Shown here in pieces: positions 1-10,521 of a stretch of 64,000 nt of DNA. A program made the position numbers and the translations under genes. The notes beneath the pieces are model-generated. The model was given only the letters and a program-made list of their open reading frames with translations. It searched no databases and was not told where the DNA came from. How positions within the stretch are numbered: the first letter of the stretch is position 1; each line of letters starts with the position of its first letter. Location: assembly GCA_965261595.1 (NCBI GenBank), contig CBDHDG010000002.1:192001-256000 (forward strand), written 5' to 3'. Source of the stretch: a bacterium. Its GTDB lineage: Bacteria; UBA8248; JACPRG01; G963555815.

Positions 1-321
1 GATCCCCGCGCGCGGCTGACGGCCTTCACGTTGGGCGCGGGGCCGATCCGGACGGCCTGGACCCTGCTGGAGGAGGCCCGGTATGGAGTGATCGCGGCCA
101 TCGTGGCGGCGTTCGGGCGGGTGGTGGCGGAGGTGGGGATCGCCATGATGCTGGGAGGAAACATCCGGGGTTACACCCGAACCCTCAGCACGGCCATCGC
201 CCTCGAGACAGCCAAGGGGGAGTTCGGTTTCGGGATCGCCCTGGGGATAATCCTGATGGCCCTGGTGACCGGGTTGAACGCGCTGCTGCGCCTGCTCCAG
301 ACGAAGGGGGCCAAAGGATGA
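1..321 (+). CDS. tupB: Tungstate-type ABC transporter permease, 3' part (starts before window)
   Basis: Frame open from base 1; FGRVVAEVGIAMMLGGNIRGYTRTLSTAIALET is typical of TupB-like permeases; stop overlaps ATG of the following ATPase. Confidence 0.8.
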   Translation, partial: DPRARLTAFTLGAGPIRTAWTLLEEARYGVIAAIVAAFGRVVAEVGIAMMLGGNIRGYTRTLSTAIALETAKGEFGFGIALGIILMALVTGLNALLRLLQTKGAKG

Positions 322-1037
322 GCCCGTTGTTCGAGCTGCGCGACGTTCGGATGGTCTATGGCGAGCGGCCCAAAGACCGGCGGACGGTCCTCGATGTCCC
401 CCAACTGGCTTTTGAGCCGAACAGGCCTTACGCGATCGTGGGACCGAACGGGGCGGGCAAGACGACCCTTCTGTACATCCTGGGCGCTTTGATTCGGCCC
501 ACCGGGGGGGAGGTCCGCTTCCAGGGACGGCCCGTGACCTACAACGGCCGGGTCCTGGAGATCCGGCGAAGGATGACGCTGGTGATGCAATCCCCCTGGC
601 TTTTCAGAGGGACGGTCCTGTTCAACGTGGCGTACGGCCTTCGCGCGCGGGGCGGCGTCGGCCGACAGGAATGCCGCCGGCGGGCCCGGGCGGCGCTCGG
701 GGAGGTCGGGCTTTCGGGATTCGAGGAGAGGCGGGTCCATGGCCTCTCGGGGGGGGAGGTCCAACGGGTGTCGCTGGCCCGGGCGCTGGCGCTGGCGCCC
801 GAGGTCCTGCTGCTGGACGAGCCGACCTCCAACCTGGACCAGGAAAGCTACGCCTGCGTCGAGCGGGTGCTCCAGCGGCTCTCCTCGGAGGTTCGATCGG
901 TGATCTTCACCACCCACCGTCACGAGTTGGCGGGGTCTTGCGGGGCGGAGCTCTTGATGATGGAGGAGGGACGCATACAGCCCGGCCGGCCCGAACGGTT
1001 GGATCGGGAGGGAGAGGGGAGGGGGAGGGGAACATGA
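318..1037 (+). CDS. tupC: ABC transporter ATP-binding subunit (TupC-like)
   Basis: Walker A GPNGAGKT, signature LSGGE, Walker B LLLDEPT; coupled to the permease. Confidence 0.75.
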   Translation: MSPLFELRDVRMVYGERPKDRRTVLDVPQLAFEPNRPYAIVGPNGAGKTTLLYILGALIRPTGGEVRFQGRPVTYNGRVLEIRRRMTLVMQSPWLFRGTVLFNVAYGLRARGGVGRQECRRRARAALGEVGLSGFEERRVHGLSGGEVQRVSLARALALAPEVLLLDEPTSNLDQESYACVERVLQRLSSEVRSVIFTTHRHELAGSCGAELLMMEEGRIQPGRPERLDREGEGRGRGT

Positions 1038-1213
1038 GACGCCCCGTGAAACCGGCGCTGCCGATTTTGGTGGAAAATCCGGTGAGGTTTCCCCTATATT
1101 GGCGGAGTGAGACGGGAAGGGCGCGGTCAGGCGTATTGATTGAAATGGAAGTGTTTATTATTCGGGTCTTCGCTCCACAGGGATGAACCGAGATCAATCC
1201 AAACATCGAAAAA

Positions 1214-2494
1214 ATGTCCAGCCGGTCGCGTGACCTGTTCGAGGAGTCGCGGGGCTGGTTTCCCGGGGGCGTGAACAGCCCGGTTCGGGCCTTCTGCGCG
1301 GTCGGGGGGACCCCCCGGTTCGTCAACCGGGGAAAGGGGTCCCGGATTTGGGATGAGGACGGCCGGGAGTACGTCGATTACCTGGCCTCCTGGGGGCCGT
1401 TGATCCTCGGGCACGCCCATCCCGATGTGGTGAAGGCCGTGTGTGACGCCGCCGCCGACGGGACCAGCTTCGGCGCGCCGACGGAAAGAGAATCCCGGCT
1501 GGCCCGGCTGGTCGTGGAGGCGTTTCCCTCTATCGAGCTTCTGCGGATGGTGAGCTCGGGAACCGAGGCCGGCATGAGTGTCTTGCGCGCCGCCCGGGGG
1601 TTCACCGGCAGAGACGTGATCGTCAAGTTCGAGGGGTGTTACCACGGCCACTCGGACGGTTTGTTGGTGAAGGCGGGTTCCGGCGCCCTCACGTTGGGCG
1701 TTCCGGACAGCGCCGGCGTTCCGGCGGCCTACGCGGGCCTGACCCTCACGCTCCCGTTCAACGACGTCCCGGCGGTCGAGGCGGTGTTCGCCGATCGGGG
1801 AGGGGAGATCGCCGCCGTCATCGTGGAGCCGATTGCGGCCAACTGCGGCGTGATCCCGCCCGCGCCCGGATTCCTCGAGTGTCTGCGCGGGGAGACGGAA
1901 GCGGCGGGCGCTTTGCTGATATTCGATGAGGTCATCACCGGCTTCCGCGTCGCCTGGGGCGGCGCGCAGGCCTTGTACGGGATCCGGCCGGACCTGACGT
2001 GCCTGGGGAAGATCCTGGGCGGGGGCCTCCCCGTGGGGGCGTACGGCGGAAGGCGGGACGTCATGGAACGCGTCGCCCCCCTCGGGCCTGTCTACCAGGC
2101 CGGGACGCTGGCCGGGAACCCCATTGCCATGGCCGCCGGCGTCGCGACCCTCGAGACCCTGCGATCCCCCGGGACCTATGAGGCCTTGGAGGAGATGTCC
2201 GCCCGGCTGGAGGGGGAGCTTCGGGCGGCGGCCGCGGAGGCGGGGGTTCCCGTGACGATGAATCGGGTCGGGTCGTTGTTCTGTCTGTTTTTTGCGGAAG
2301 GTCCCGTGGAGGATTTCGCCTCCGCCCGGGCGGCGGACGCCGGGTGCTTTACGCGGTACTTTCACGCCATGTTGGATGAGGGGATCAACCTCGCGCCGTC
2401 TCCGTTCGAGGCGGGGTTTGTCTCCCTGGCCCACACGGGCGAAGACGTGGCCGTCACGGGCGCCGCCGCGCGGCGCGCCTGTCGGGCCGTCTGA
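1214..2494 (+). CDS. hemL: Glutamate-1-semialdehyde 2,1-aminomutase
   Basis: PGGVNSPVRAF, FEGCYHGH, FDEVITGFR, LGKILGGGLPVGAYGG, YQAGTL motifs; 426 aa. Confidence 0.97.
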   Translation: MSSRSRDLFEESRGWFPGGVNSPVRAFCAVGGTPRFVNRGKGSRIWDEDGREYVDYLASWGPLILGHAHPDVVKAVCDAAADGTSFGAPTERESRLARLVVEAFPSIELLRMVSSGTEAGMSVLRAARGFTGRDVIVKFEGCYHGHSDGLLVKAGSGALTLGVPDSAGVPAAYAGLTLTLPFNDVPAVEAVFADRGGEIAAVIVEPIAANCGVIPPAPGFLECLRGETEAAGALLIFDEVITGFRVAWGGAQALYGIRPDLTCLGKILGGGLPVGAYGGRRDVMERVAPLGPVYQAGTLAGNPIAMAAGVATLETLRSPGTYEALEEMSARLEGELRAAAAEAGVPVTMNRVGSLFCLFFAEGPVEDFASARAADAGCFTRYFHAMLDEGINLAPSPFEAGFVSLAHTGEDVAVTGAAARRACRAV

Positions 2495-2509
2495 CGGAGA
2501 AAATCGAGC

Positions 2510-2959
2510 GTGTCGCGACGAACCGGACAGCGGGTGATGCGAAAGCGGGCGAAGTCTTCGAGGCGGAAGGGGGACCAGAGGATTTTCGCGGGATTCCGGT
2601 CCGTGTTCGGGCGCGAGGAAGGCAAGAAAGCCCGCCGGTTCTTCCGGTGGAAGGACTGGCTCCCTTTCGGTGGCCTGAGCCCGGCGCGGGCGGGATTCGC
2701 CGTTGCGATGGCCGTGTCGTTGCTCCTGTTCGGCGCGGCCCTGTTCAGGCCCGGCGGCATCTTTGATGTCCTTCATCTGACCGAGCGGGTTGATGGGATG
2801 CGCGCGGAGTTGGAGGTGTTGGCGAAGGAGAACGTCAGGCTTCGTGAAGAGAATCGGCTCCTGCGTGATGACCCGGAGGAAATCGAGCGGGTCGCCCGGG
2901 ATATGCTCGGTCTCGTTCGTCCGGGTGAGCGGGTTTACGAGTTCATCGGACGCGATTGA
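2510..2959 (+). CDS. ftsB: Septum formation initiator FtsB/DivIC family protein (start uncertain)
   Basis: Single TM helix, coiled coil, C-terminal IERVARDMLGLVRPGE motif. Confidence 0.8.
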   Translation: MSRRTGQRVMRKRAKSSRRKGDQRIFAGFRSVFGREEGKKARRFFRWKDWLPFGGLSPARAGFAVAMAVSLLLFGAALFRPGGIFDVLHLTERVDGMRAELEVLAKENVRLREENRLLRDDPEEIERVARDMLGLVRPGERVYEFIGRD

Positions 2960-3017
2960 GGTTTCGCTGTTCTTGACAAATCCTCTCCAATGGCTTATCC
3001 ATAACGCACAGACTTGG

Positions 3018-3094
<77 letters not shown>

Positions 3095-3100
3095 TATAAA

Positions 3101-3695
3101 TCAAGGGGTTGCGGCGATTGCCGTGACCCTTTCTTTTTGCTTGGTGTCCATATAGGTGTCCAGTCGATTGATTGCGGCCTCCTTATGGTCGAGGGCAAGG
3201 TGGGCGTAGCGGAGGGTCATTTCAAGCCTTTTGTGGCCCAGGAATTCCTTCACCGTCATAAGGTCCACCCCCGACATAACCAGGTGGGAAGCGAATGTGT
3301 GGCGGAGGTCATGAAACACAAAGCCCTCGATTTTCGCCTCCCGCAAGGTCCGAATGAATCGCTTCTTGATGTCCACCAAGCCGTTGCCGGTTTTCCCCGG
3401 AAAGACATATGGGGAATCCAGGCGGCGGGGGATGCCCCGAAGGGTCTGCCGCAAAGTGTCGCTCATGGGGATTTCCCGCCTTTCCCCGTTCTTTGTGTCT
3501 ACCACCCGAATGACCCCATTCTGAAAGTCCAGGTCCTCCCATTGGAGCGAGAAAAGCTCTCCCCGCCTAAGTCCAGTATAGATGGCCGTTATCAGGATGG
3601 GCTTTAACACGCCGTCGGCAACCGATAGCAGTCTTTCAATTTCCTCGTATTCCAGGTAGCGGAGCCTCCGGTTGTTCACCCTTAAAGGCCGGATG
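3101..3695 (-). pseudogene. Phage-type tyrosine integrase, N-terminally truncated by IS
   Basis: Catalytic residues intact (TGLRRGE, DTKNG, HDLRHT, LGH, RYAH); the reading frame runs into the IS end at 3696. Confidence 0.9.
3103..3138 (+). terminator. Rho-independent terminator after tRNA
   Basis: GGGGTTGCGGC-GATT-GCCGTGACCCT stem-loop followed by a T-rich tract. Confidence 0.7.
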
Positions 3696-5099
3696 TCCCC
3701 CGCTCTAGGGTTTTGTTGGACACTCGATTGATCCATGATTCATGGAGAAAGGGGTGTCGCGATGAACGAACAAAAGCAAGAGGGGGCTTTGGCGGAGGGC
3801 GCCCGTAGGGCGAACGGAGCCAAGGCCCCAGGGCATCGCAGTGAGCGGGGTCGGTTCTCCTGCCAGCGCAAGCGGGAGGCGGTCCTGCGTCTTTTGCGGG
3901 GCGAGAGCCTGGAGACGCTCTGCCGCGAGTTGGGCACGACAGCGGCTCGGCTTTCCGCCTGGCGCGAGGCGTTCCTTCGCGGGGGCGAGGCGGCGCTCAA
4001 AGCCCGCCCGGCGGATGAGCGGGACGAGGAGAACGCCCGGCTCAAGGCCAAGGTGGGCGAACTCACGATGGAGGGCGAGGTCCTGCGGGAGAAGATCGAC
4101 CGCCTGGAGGCCGGCCGCCCTTTAGCCGGCAGGAGGTGGAGGCGATGAGTCAGGCCCGCTTCACCTCCACGGGCAGAGCCTACGGCCTGAAGCGGGTGTG
4201 CGCCCTTTGGGGCTTGGCGCGCTCCACGGTCTACGCGCAACGGCGGCGAGAGGCGGTCCCCGTTCATGAACGCCCCACGCCCAATAAGCGCGGCCCTGTG
4301 GGCCCGTGCACCGATGCGGAACTCCTCGGTCACATCCGGCAGGTCCTGGAGGACTCTCCCTTCCATGGCGAGGGCTACCGCAAGGTGTGGGCGAGGCTGC
4401 GCTTCGCGGGCATCCGCACCAGCAAGGAGCGGGTGCGTCGCCTGATGCGGGAGGCGGGGCTTCAGGCCCCCCACCGGGTGGGCAAACCCCGAGGTCCCAA
4501 GGCCCACAACGGGACCATCCGCACCGAGCGGCCCGACCGAATGTGGGGCACGGACATGACGACGACGGTGACCACCGAGGAGGGGATGGCCTCGGTGTTC
4601 GTGGCGGTGGATCACTGCTCGGTGGACTGCGTGGGGATCCATGCGGCCAAGAGCGGCAACCGCTTCGAGGCCCTGGAGCCGATCCGGCAGGGGGTCGCCG
4701 AGCGCTTCGCCGGCTTGGAGGCGGACGTCGCCGAGGGGCTTAAAGTTCGTCACGACCACGGCCCCGCCTATCTGTCCGATGACTTTCAGCGGGAGATCGC
4801 CTACCTGGGCATGACCAGTTCGCCCAGCTTCGTGCGGGCGCCCGAGGGAAATGGCTACTGTGAGTGGTTCATCCGCATCTTGAAGGAGAATCTCCTGTGG
4901 GTGCGCTCTTTCGCCACCGTAGAGGAACTGCGGTGGGCGCTGCTTGAGTTCAAGAACCTGTATAACCATCATTGGATTCTCGAGGGCTACGGCTACCGAA
5001 CGCCGGCCCAGGCAAGGCAGGAAAAACTCGCTCAAGTTGCGGAGGCCGCATGAGGTCGAATACCCTCACCCGAGTGTCCAATAACCCAGGGGCGGTCCA
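3696..5099 (+). mobile_element. IS3-family element A, copy 1 (1404 bp; orfA ~3762-4148, orfB 4145-5053)
   Basis: HTH orfA plus DDE orfB (WGTD..RHDHG..E); imperfect terminal IRs sharing TTGGACACTCG; ends defined by comparing 5 copies; no TSD here. Confidence 0.95.
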
Positions 5100-5510
5100 G
5101 GCTCTCTCTACGCGAAAGATTCAGCCGGAAAGACGCGGGTTAGGCTCGGTGGGTCAGATGGCAGTGTCAGAGGATACAACAAAGCCGGAATAGCGCGGCT
5201 TGTACTCTATGGGTCCAAGGGCCGTGTCGTTGTGAACGACTCAGCCGGAAAGGCGCGGGTTAAGCTCGTTGGGTGGGATGGCAGTGTCAGAGCATACGAC
5301 TCAGCCGGAAAGGGGCGGATCTGGCTCGTTGGGCAGAATGGCAATGTCAGAGTATACGACAAAGCCGGAAAGAAGCGACTTAGTCTCCATGGTAACAGTG
5401 GCTCTCTCTACGCGAAAGATTCAGCCGGAAAGACGCGGGTTTCGCTCGATGGGACAACCGGAAAGGTCTTTTTCACTGCTCCAAACGGCAAAACGATTTC
5501 TCATCCCTAA
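5100..5510 (+). pseudogene. 3' remnant of a 20-aa tandem-repeat beta-hairpin protein
   Basis: 60-bp tandem repeats; frame open from the IS end: GSLYAKDSAGKTRVRLGGSD/GSVRGYNKAGIARLVLYGSK/... to TAA at 5510. Confidence 0.75.
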
Positions 5511-5673
5511 TTGTTAGGAGACCACTTCCATGCCCGCTGGGCGGGAGGGATCCCGCTCAGCGGTTCATGCATGGGTGCAGTTGTAGGGGGCAGGTTGCTC
5601 TTTTGTCCTCCGGTTCATAGGCCGCGTAATTCAGAGGCTCAAGAAACTGGGGATCATTGAGGCAGTCCGCGCT

Positions 5674-5702
5674 TTGACAAACATTGCAAGAACTGTTACG
5701 TT
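5674..5702 (+). promoter_or_regulatory. Sigma-70 promoter for the SBP gene
   Basis: TTGACA-17 bp-TACGTT with extended -10 TG at 5694-5695. Confidence 0.6.
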
Positions 5703-5759
5703 TTCCTGAATCAAACATGATTTCCCCCGCAGTGGCGAGTTCCTTGGAGGAAAGAGCCA

Positions 5760-6740
5760 ATGAAAAAGTCGATAGGGATAACTCTGGCATTCATGTTTTT
5801 ATCCATGAATTCTCCGGTCCAGTCGCAAGAGAAAGTCCGCTTTGTTCTGGACTGGGTCATCGCGGGACGCCACACTGCCTACTACGTCGCCATTGATAAA
5901 GGGTACTGGAAGAAGGCGGGGCTGGACGTGACGATGAGCCGCGGTTTCGGCGGCGCAAGCACCGTCAAGTCCGTGACGGCCGGCAGAGCCCATGTGGGCA
6001 AAGCAAGTGCGGGTCCCGCGCTGGTGGCCCGGGCCAAGGGGGCTCCCATCAAGATTGTCAGCATCATCTACGGCAAGGCACCATTTATGATGGTCTCGAA
6101 AGCAAAGACGGGTGTCAAGGTGCCCAAGGATCTCGAGGGCAAGACCATCGGTGCACCCGCCGGGGATGCCAACCGCTTCGTCTTTCCCGCATTGGCCGGC
6201 ATCGCCGGGATCGACGAGAAGAAGGTGAAATGGGTGACCATGAGTCCTTCGGCTAAGACGCCCTCTCTCCTTGCGGACAAGGTGAACGTGATCGTTCACT
6301 TTGCGTTCGAGAAGGTCAAATTCGAGCGGTTGCAAGCGAAGCACGGGGCTTTCAACATCATGATGTACGCGGACCACGGCCTCGACATGTACAGCATCGG
6401 CCTCCAGGCGTTGGATTCCTATATCCGGACGAAGCCGAAAGTCCTTCGGGCGTTCGTCCACGGAGCGATGAAGGGTTATGCATGGACCCTCAAGCATCCG
6501 AAAGAGGCCAATCGGATCTTCAGCAAACACCAGCCGACATTGAACCAAGAAATCGCCCTGGGCGAGTTGGACGTCGTGCGGGAACTCGTCATGACCGAGG
6601 AAGCCAAGCGACACTGCATCGGCTGGATCAGCGAGAAAAAGCTGGCTCAGACGCGGGACATCATCTTCAAGGCTCTCCGCGTGAAGGAGACCTTGGACAT
6701 TAAAGAGGCCTACACGACGAAATTTCTACCCTGCGGCTGA
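5760..6740 (+). CDS. ABC substrate-binding protein, NMT1/THI5-like
   Basis: Signal peptide; LDWVIAGRHTAYYVAIDKGYWKKAGLDV and PKDLEGKTIG motifs. Confidence 0.88.
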   Translation: MKKSIGITLAFMFLSMNSPVQSQEKVRFVLDWVIAGRHTAYYVAIDKGYWKKAGLDVTMSRGFGGASTVKSVTAGRAHVGKASAGPALVARAKGAPIKIVSIIYGKAPFMMVSKAKTGVKVPKDLEGKTIGAPAGDANRFVFPALAGIAGIDEKKVKWVTMSPSAKTPSLLADKVNVIVHFAFEKVKFERLQAKHGAFNIMMYADHGLDMYSIGLQALDSYIRTKPKVLRAFVHGAMKGYAWTLKHPKEANRIFSKHQPTLNQEIALGELDVVRELVMTEEAKRHCIGWISEKKLAQTRDIIFKALRVKETLDIKEAYTTKFLPCG

Positions 6741-7016
6741 GAGGCGAGAGGAGTCCAGGGGCAAGCCCCCTGGCGGGTTTAGCGATTAGCCCTTTTGTTC
6801 TCCGGTTCATCGCCTCAAACCCATAATGATCCGGCTCGCGACACCAGGGGGACCCGCCCACTCGCCCTCGAGGAAAAGGGGACCCGCAAATTGTCCGTGT
6901 TTTGTCCGTGAAAAGGTTGCCGCCGTGTCCACTCAGTGCCAAAAGGGGAGGGCGGAAACCGCGTATTTTCTGGACTGGTTAGCACCGAGTGGCACACATT
7001 TCCGGGTTCCGTTACC

Positions 7017-7061
7017 CTCATACTCCAAAGGTCCCAGGTTCGAATCCTGGACCAGATACCA
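7017..7061 (+). repeat. Degenerate duplicate of the tRNA-Met 3' half (att site)
   Basis: CTCATActCCAAAGGTCCCAGGTTCGAATCCTGGaCCaGaTACCA matches 3050-3094, followed by a similar terminator hairpin to ~7105. Confidence 0.85.
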
Positions 7062-7224
7062 ATTAACTCAATGGGTTACGGCGATCGCCGCAACCCGTTT
7101 TTTTTGAGGTTGTCTGTCCGGATGTTGGGGTGTTTCAAGACTGGACCGCTGACCCGGTTTAGGGGCGCCCTGGCCCGATCGATGACGGCCCGGGTTTCCT
7201 CGCCGCGGGCGGCGGAAACGCGGC

Positions 7225-8151
7225 TTACCCCCAGTGCACTTGCCGAAGGGCGGCGAAGAGCGCCACGGTGGTTTCTATCGGATAGGAGAGCAGCGTGTCA
7301 TCGTCGGTCGTGAGGAAGACGGGCCGGGGCGCCGCCTCCAGCGCCGAAATGAATTCGGCTGACCCTTCGGGGGTCTCGAAGGAGGTCGGGGGCGCAAAAA
7401 CCCCCGCTCGTATATCCGGCGGAAGGCGATCCGGCCCGATCGGGGGATGAAGCAGCAGGGCGTCGGCCGCGTTCCGCGCGGGATTTCGGGAGGCGCATAA
7501 TACCGAATAAGCGTTGTAATACCGCACCGTGTTGCAAATGGACTCCGTCGCGGCCGTGATTTCCCCGGTCTGGATTTTTTCTCCCTCCTCCCCCCCCGCC
7601 TTCTCCAGGACCACCACCTCGGCCCCGGCCCGGCACGCCTCTTCGGCCAGGCCGCGCACCAGGCCAATCGTCTTCTCCGCCTTCTCCGGCGAGTCGGCGC
7701 GCGCCAGGCGGCACAGCGAAACGGGTTCGGGGAGAACGGCCAGGATCGGCGCTTCCTTTCGCAGTTGAATTCGCAATCTGCGGATGACTTCCAGCAGGTT
7801 GGAGACGGGAGGGCGCAGCCACGGGTCCGGCGGCGGCCATTCGCATTCCCCCGCCGCTTCCCACTTTGCGGCGGGCCCGGCCGGGGACCAGTGGACCGGA
7901 ATCCCGGCCGGCTCCGCCAGGAGGGCGGCGTCCAAACGCAGGGTGACGCAATCGGCGCCCAGCAGGCGTTGCTGGTCCGCCAACGCACGGGTCAAGCGGG
8001 TCGGGTCTTGGAGCAGGAGGTTGGGAGGAGACCCGTCCAGCCGGGCGGCGTGATAAAAGGCCAGGGGGAGGAGGGGCGGGCGCGGGGACGGGGCGTCGCG
8101 AAAGAAGGCCCTCACCAACCGGCGGGAAGTCATCGCGCCATCTGGATTCAT
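7225..8151 (-). CDS. Putative ApcE (epsilon)-like protein, UroD/methyltransferase-like fold
   Basis: ~300 aa; last gene of the hydantoinase-like carboxylase operon, matching the position and size of apcE. Confidence 0.5.
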   Translation of the reverse strand: MNPDGAMTSRRLVRAFFRDAPSPRPPLLPLAFYHAARLDGSPPNLLLQDPTRLTRALADQQRLLGADCVTLRLDAALLAEPAGIPVHWSPAGPAAKWEAAGECEWPPPDPWLRPPVSNLLEVIRRLRIQLRKEAPILAVLPEPVSLCRLARADSPEKAEKTIGLVRGLAEEACRAGAEVVVLEKAGGEEGEKIQTGEITAATESICNTVRYYNAYSVLCASRNPARNAADALLLHPPIGPDRLPPDIRAGVFAPPTSFETPEGSAEFISALEAAPRPVFLTTDDDTLLSYPIETTVALFAALRQVHWG

Positions 8152-8441
8152 GCCGGCAGGACTCCCGTTTTTCGAAGGCTTGTCCGCGAACGGATACGGC
8201 CCGATCCGGCGGTGGGACCTTGGTTGCTCAGGGCGGGGTTCGGTCGAAGATGACGCCCGGCCTCAAGTCTCCGGCGGAGGAACGGCGACCGGGTGAGGTC
8301 CGCTTGCGTTCCGCCCGGCCGGGTTCCTGTTCCGCTTCAACGCATCATGGCCGGGTCTTGTTTTGAGCGACTCGGAGGGGGAGGGGGGAAGGAGGGGTTG
8401 TCGGTCGCGTGACGCGCCCGGCGTCCCGGCCCGCACCGTCC

Positions 8442-10499
8442 CTAAATCCGGATCACTTCCCGGTTCTTTTCCGCGTTCGGCCAGGCGCCATAGAACTTCA
8501 GGGCCTGCGGGTGCGGCCGCTTCTTCGACCACTCCTCGACGAACTCATGATAGGGTTTTCCGCGGGCGAGACGGTTTTCCCGTTCCGCTTTTCGCAGGCG
8601 CTCGGTCTCCTCGACGTCCACCTTGAGGGTCTCCCGGTTGTAGGCGACTTTGTACACGTTCTCGGCCGTCCAGTGGGTGAGGGCCTTGGCGCGCAGGTCC
8701 CTCATGACCTTCTCGGCCGGCCGCTCCAGGACGTCCCCGTATCCGCTGGCGCCCTGGGTGCTCGAGGTGATGACCTCCCCCCGTTTGACAATGCGGGCGG
8801 GGCGGGTCTGGTGCTCGCGGATAATCTTGCCGCCGAACGGGTTTCGCTCCAGGATGTCGTGGTCGTTATCGGGCAGAGGCATCTTGCCGTCCTTGAGCAG
8901 GGCGAGTACGTCGGTGTCCACCACCCGGATGGCCGGGACCACGGTTTGGGAGTAGCCGCCGAATAGGCCGCACGTTGTGGGGAACTTGGACTCTTTGGCC
9001 GTTGCGGTGAACACGGCGTAGGGCGCTTGGTGGACCGTGTAGGCCACCGTCAAGCCGATCCCCCCCCGGAACTTGCCGTACCCCCCGCTGTCCGGCATGG
9101 ACTTCTGATACAGGTGAAGCACCGGGAAGGCCCGCTCGACGTCCTCCACGTCCGGGCCCTTGCCCCAGGGCGCATGGGGAAACCCGAAGACGTCCACGCC
9201 GTCCTCGCCGTACCTCGCGGCCAACCCCCAGGCGTTGAGGGGGAAAGCCATGAAGTCGACGATTTTGGCGCCGTGCTGGTTGACGCAGGTGATCATGGGC
9301 GCGGCCGAGTTGGACGAGGCGAAACCACACACCAGGTCGCGCTGCGGGCTTTCGAACATCATCTTGGAGAAGACGACCGCCAACAGCGGAAACACCGCGG
9401 AGGCGGTGATGGGCGAGCAGGAGATGGCGGCCTCCGGGTCCGGGTCCATGATCGTGCCGAACGGGATGATGTAATCGATGGGATCCATCGAACCGGCGGA
9501 GATGGGGAAATCGTGAAAGGGAAATTCATAGAGGTAGTGGGCGCAATGGGCCCGAACGCACGGGGCCAGGGACTGGAAGCTGCCTTCATGCTCCGGAGAG
9601 GTCCCGGTGAGATCGATCGTGATCCGGTCCCCCTTTTTGTGAAGGGCGATGGGCACGCGAAGCAGCGAGGTCTCTGATCCCGTGGTGTCGATGAAGACCA
9701 CGTGGCGGTAAGTCCCGTCGTTCCACTCCTGAATTCGTTTGCGGGCACCGTCCGCGGACTCCTTGATTTGTCTGAGGAACAGGGTCGCCAAAAACCGGTT
9801 GCCCTTCTTCTTGGCCAGGTTCTGCATCCGAATCCGAATCCGGTCGCAGGCCGCCACGCGGGCCTTGACGTCCGTCACCTGCATGCGTGGCGCCCGCGAC
9901 ATGAAGTTCTCCATCATTTTCAACAGGTCGGCCTTGAGCTGGTACCCTTCGCCGATCTTGATGGGGGTGAGCTTCATGCCCTCGTCATGCCGGGTGATGG
10001 CCGTGGTGATCTCGCCGCCGGGCTCCTTTCCGCCGGTCTCCGATTAGTGGGCGCCGACGACCGTCCACGCGACGAGCTCGCCTTCGCTGAAGATGGGCAT
10101 GATCGCGAACTGGTCGGGGTTGTGGATGCCGCCGTAGATGGCTTCGTTGCAGTAGTAGACATCCCCCTCATTGACCTGGACCGTCGGATCATCTTTGAAG
10201 TACTTAATGATGAACTTGACCGGAATCTGCCCGGTGACGGTGTGCAGGTACGTGCCGCAGACCGAAGTGACCAGATCGCCGTCGGCCGTATAAATCCCCG
10301 CCATCGAATCGCCCGAATGGAGCATGCTGGAAATGCCCATTTTGGTCATCACGGCCTTGCCCTCTTCAACGATCAGGACAAGGTTCTCCGCGTAAATCTC
10401 GTAATCGCCCGGCGCCATGGCCTCGATGGACTTCATCGCCTCCCGGGTGGCGTGTGAAGGCTTCAGGCCCTGCTCAATCAGATCAATATCGAAAGACAT
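8442..10499 (-). pseudogene. apcD: Hydantoinase B/oxoprolinase-family carboxylase subunit (ApcD-like) with internal TAA
   Basis: ORFs 10044-10499 and 8442-9977 are in the same frame, separated by TAA at 10044-10046 (..GAH*SETGG..); GIHNPD and GGYGKFRGG motifs. Confidence 0.75.
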
Positions 10500-10521
10500 C
10501 TCCCTGCCTCCCCGACGGCGC

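Noticed and set aside
5100..5460. 60-bp periodic repeat as a CRISPR array
   Set aside because: Units vary throughout in a codon-preserving way with no constant repeat/unique spacer structure, and there are no cas genes; it is a coding repeat.
7017..7061. Second tRNA gene
   Set aside because: Only the 3' half is present and the acceptor stem is mutated; it is an att-site duplicate.
10044..10046. Recoded stop in apcD
   Set aside because: The codon is TAA, not a Sec/Pyl codon, and the same operon has frameshifts; a nonsense mutation is simpler.
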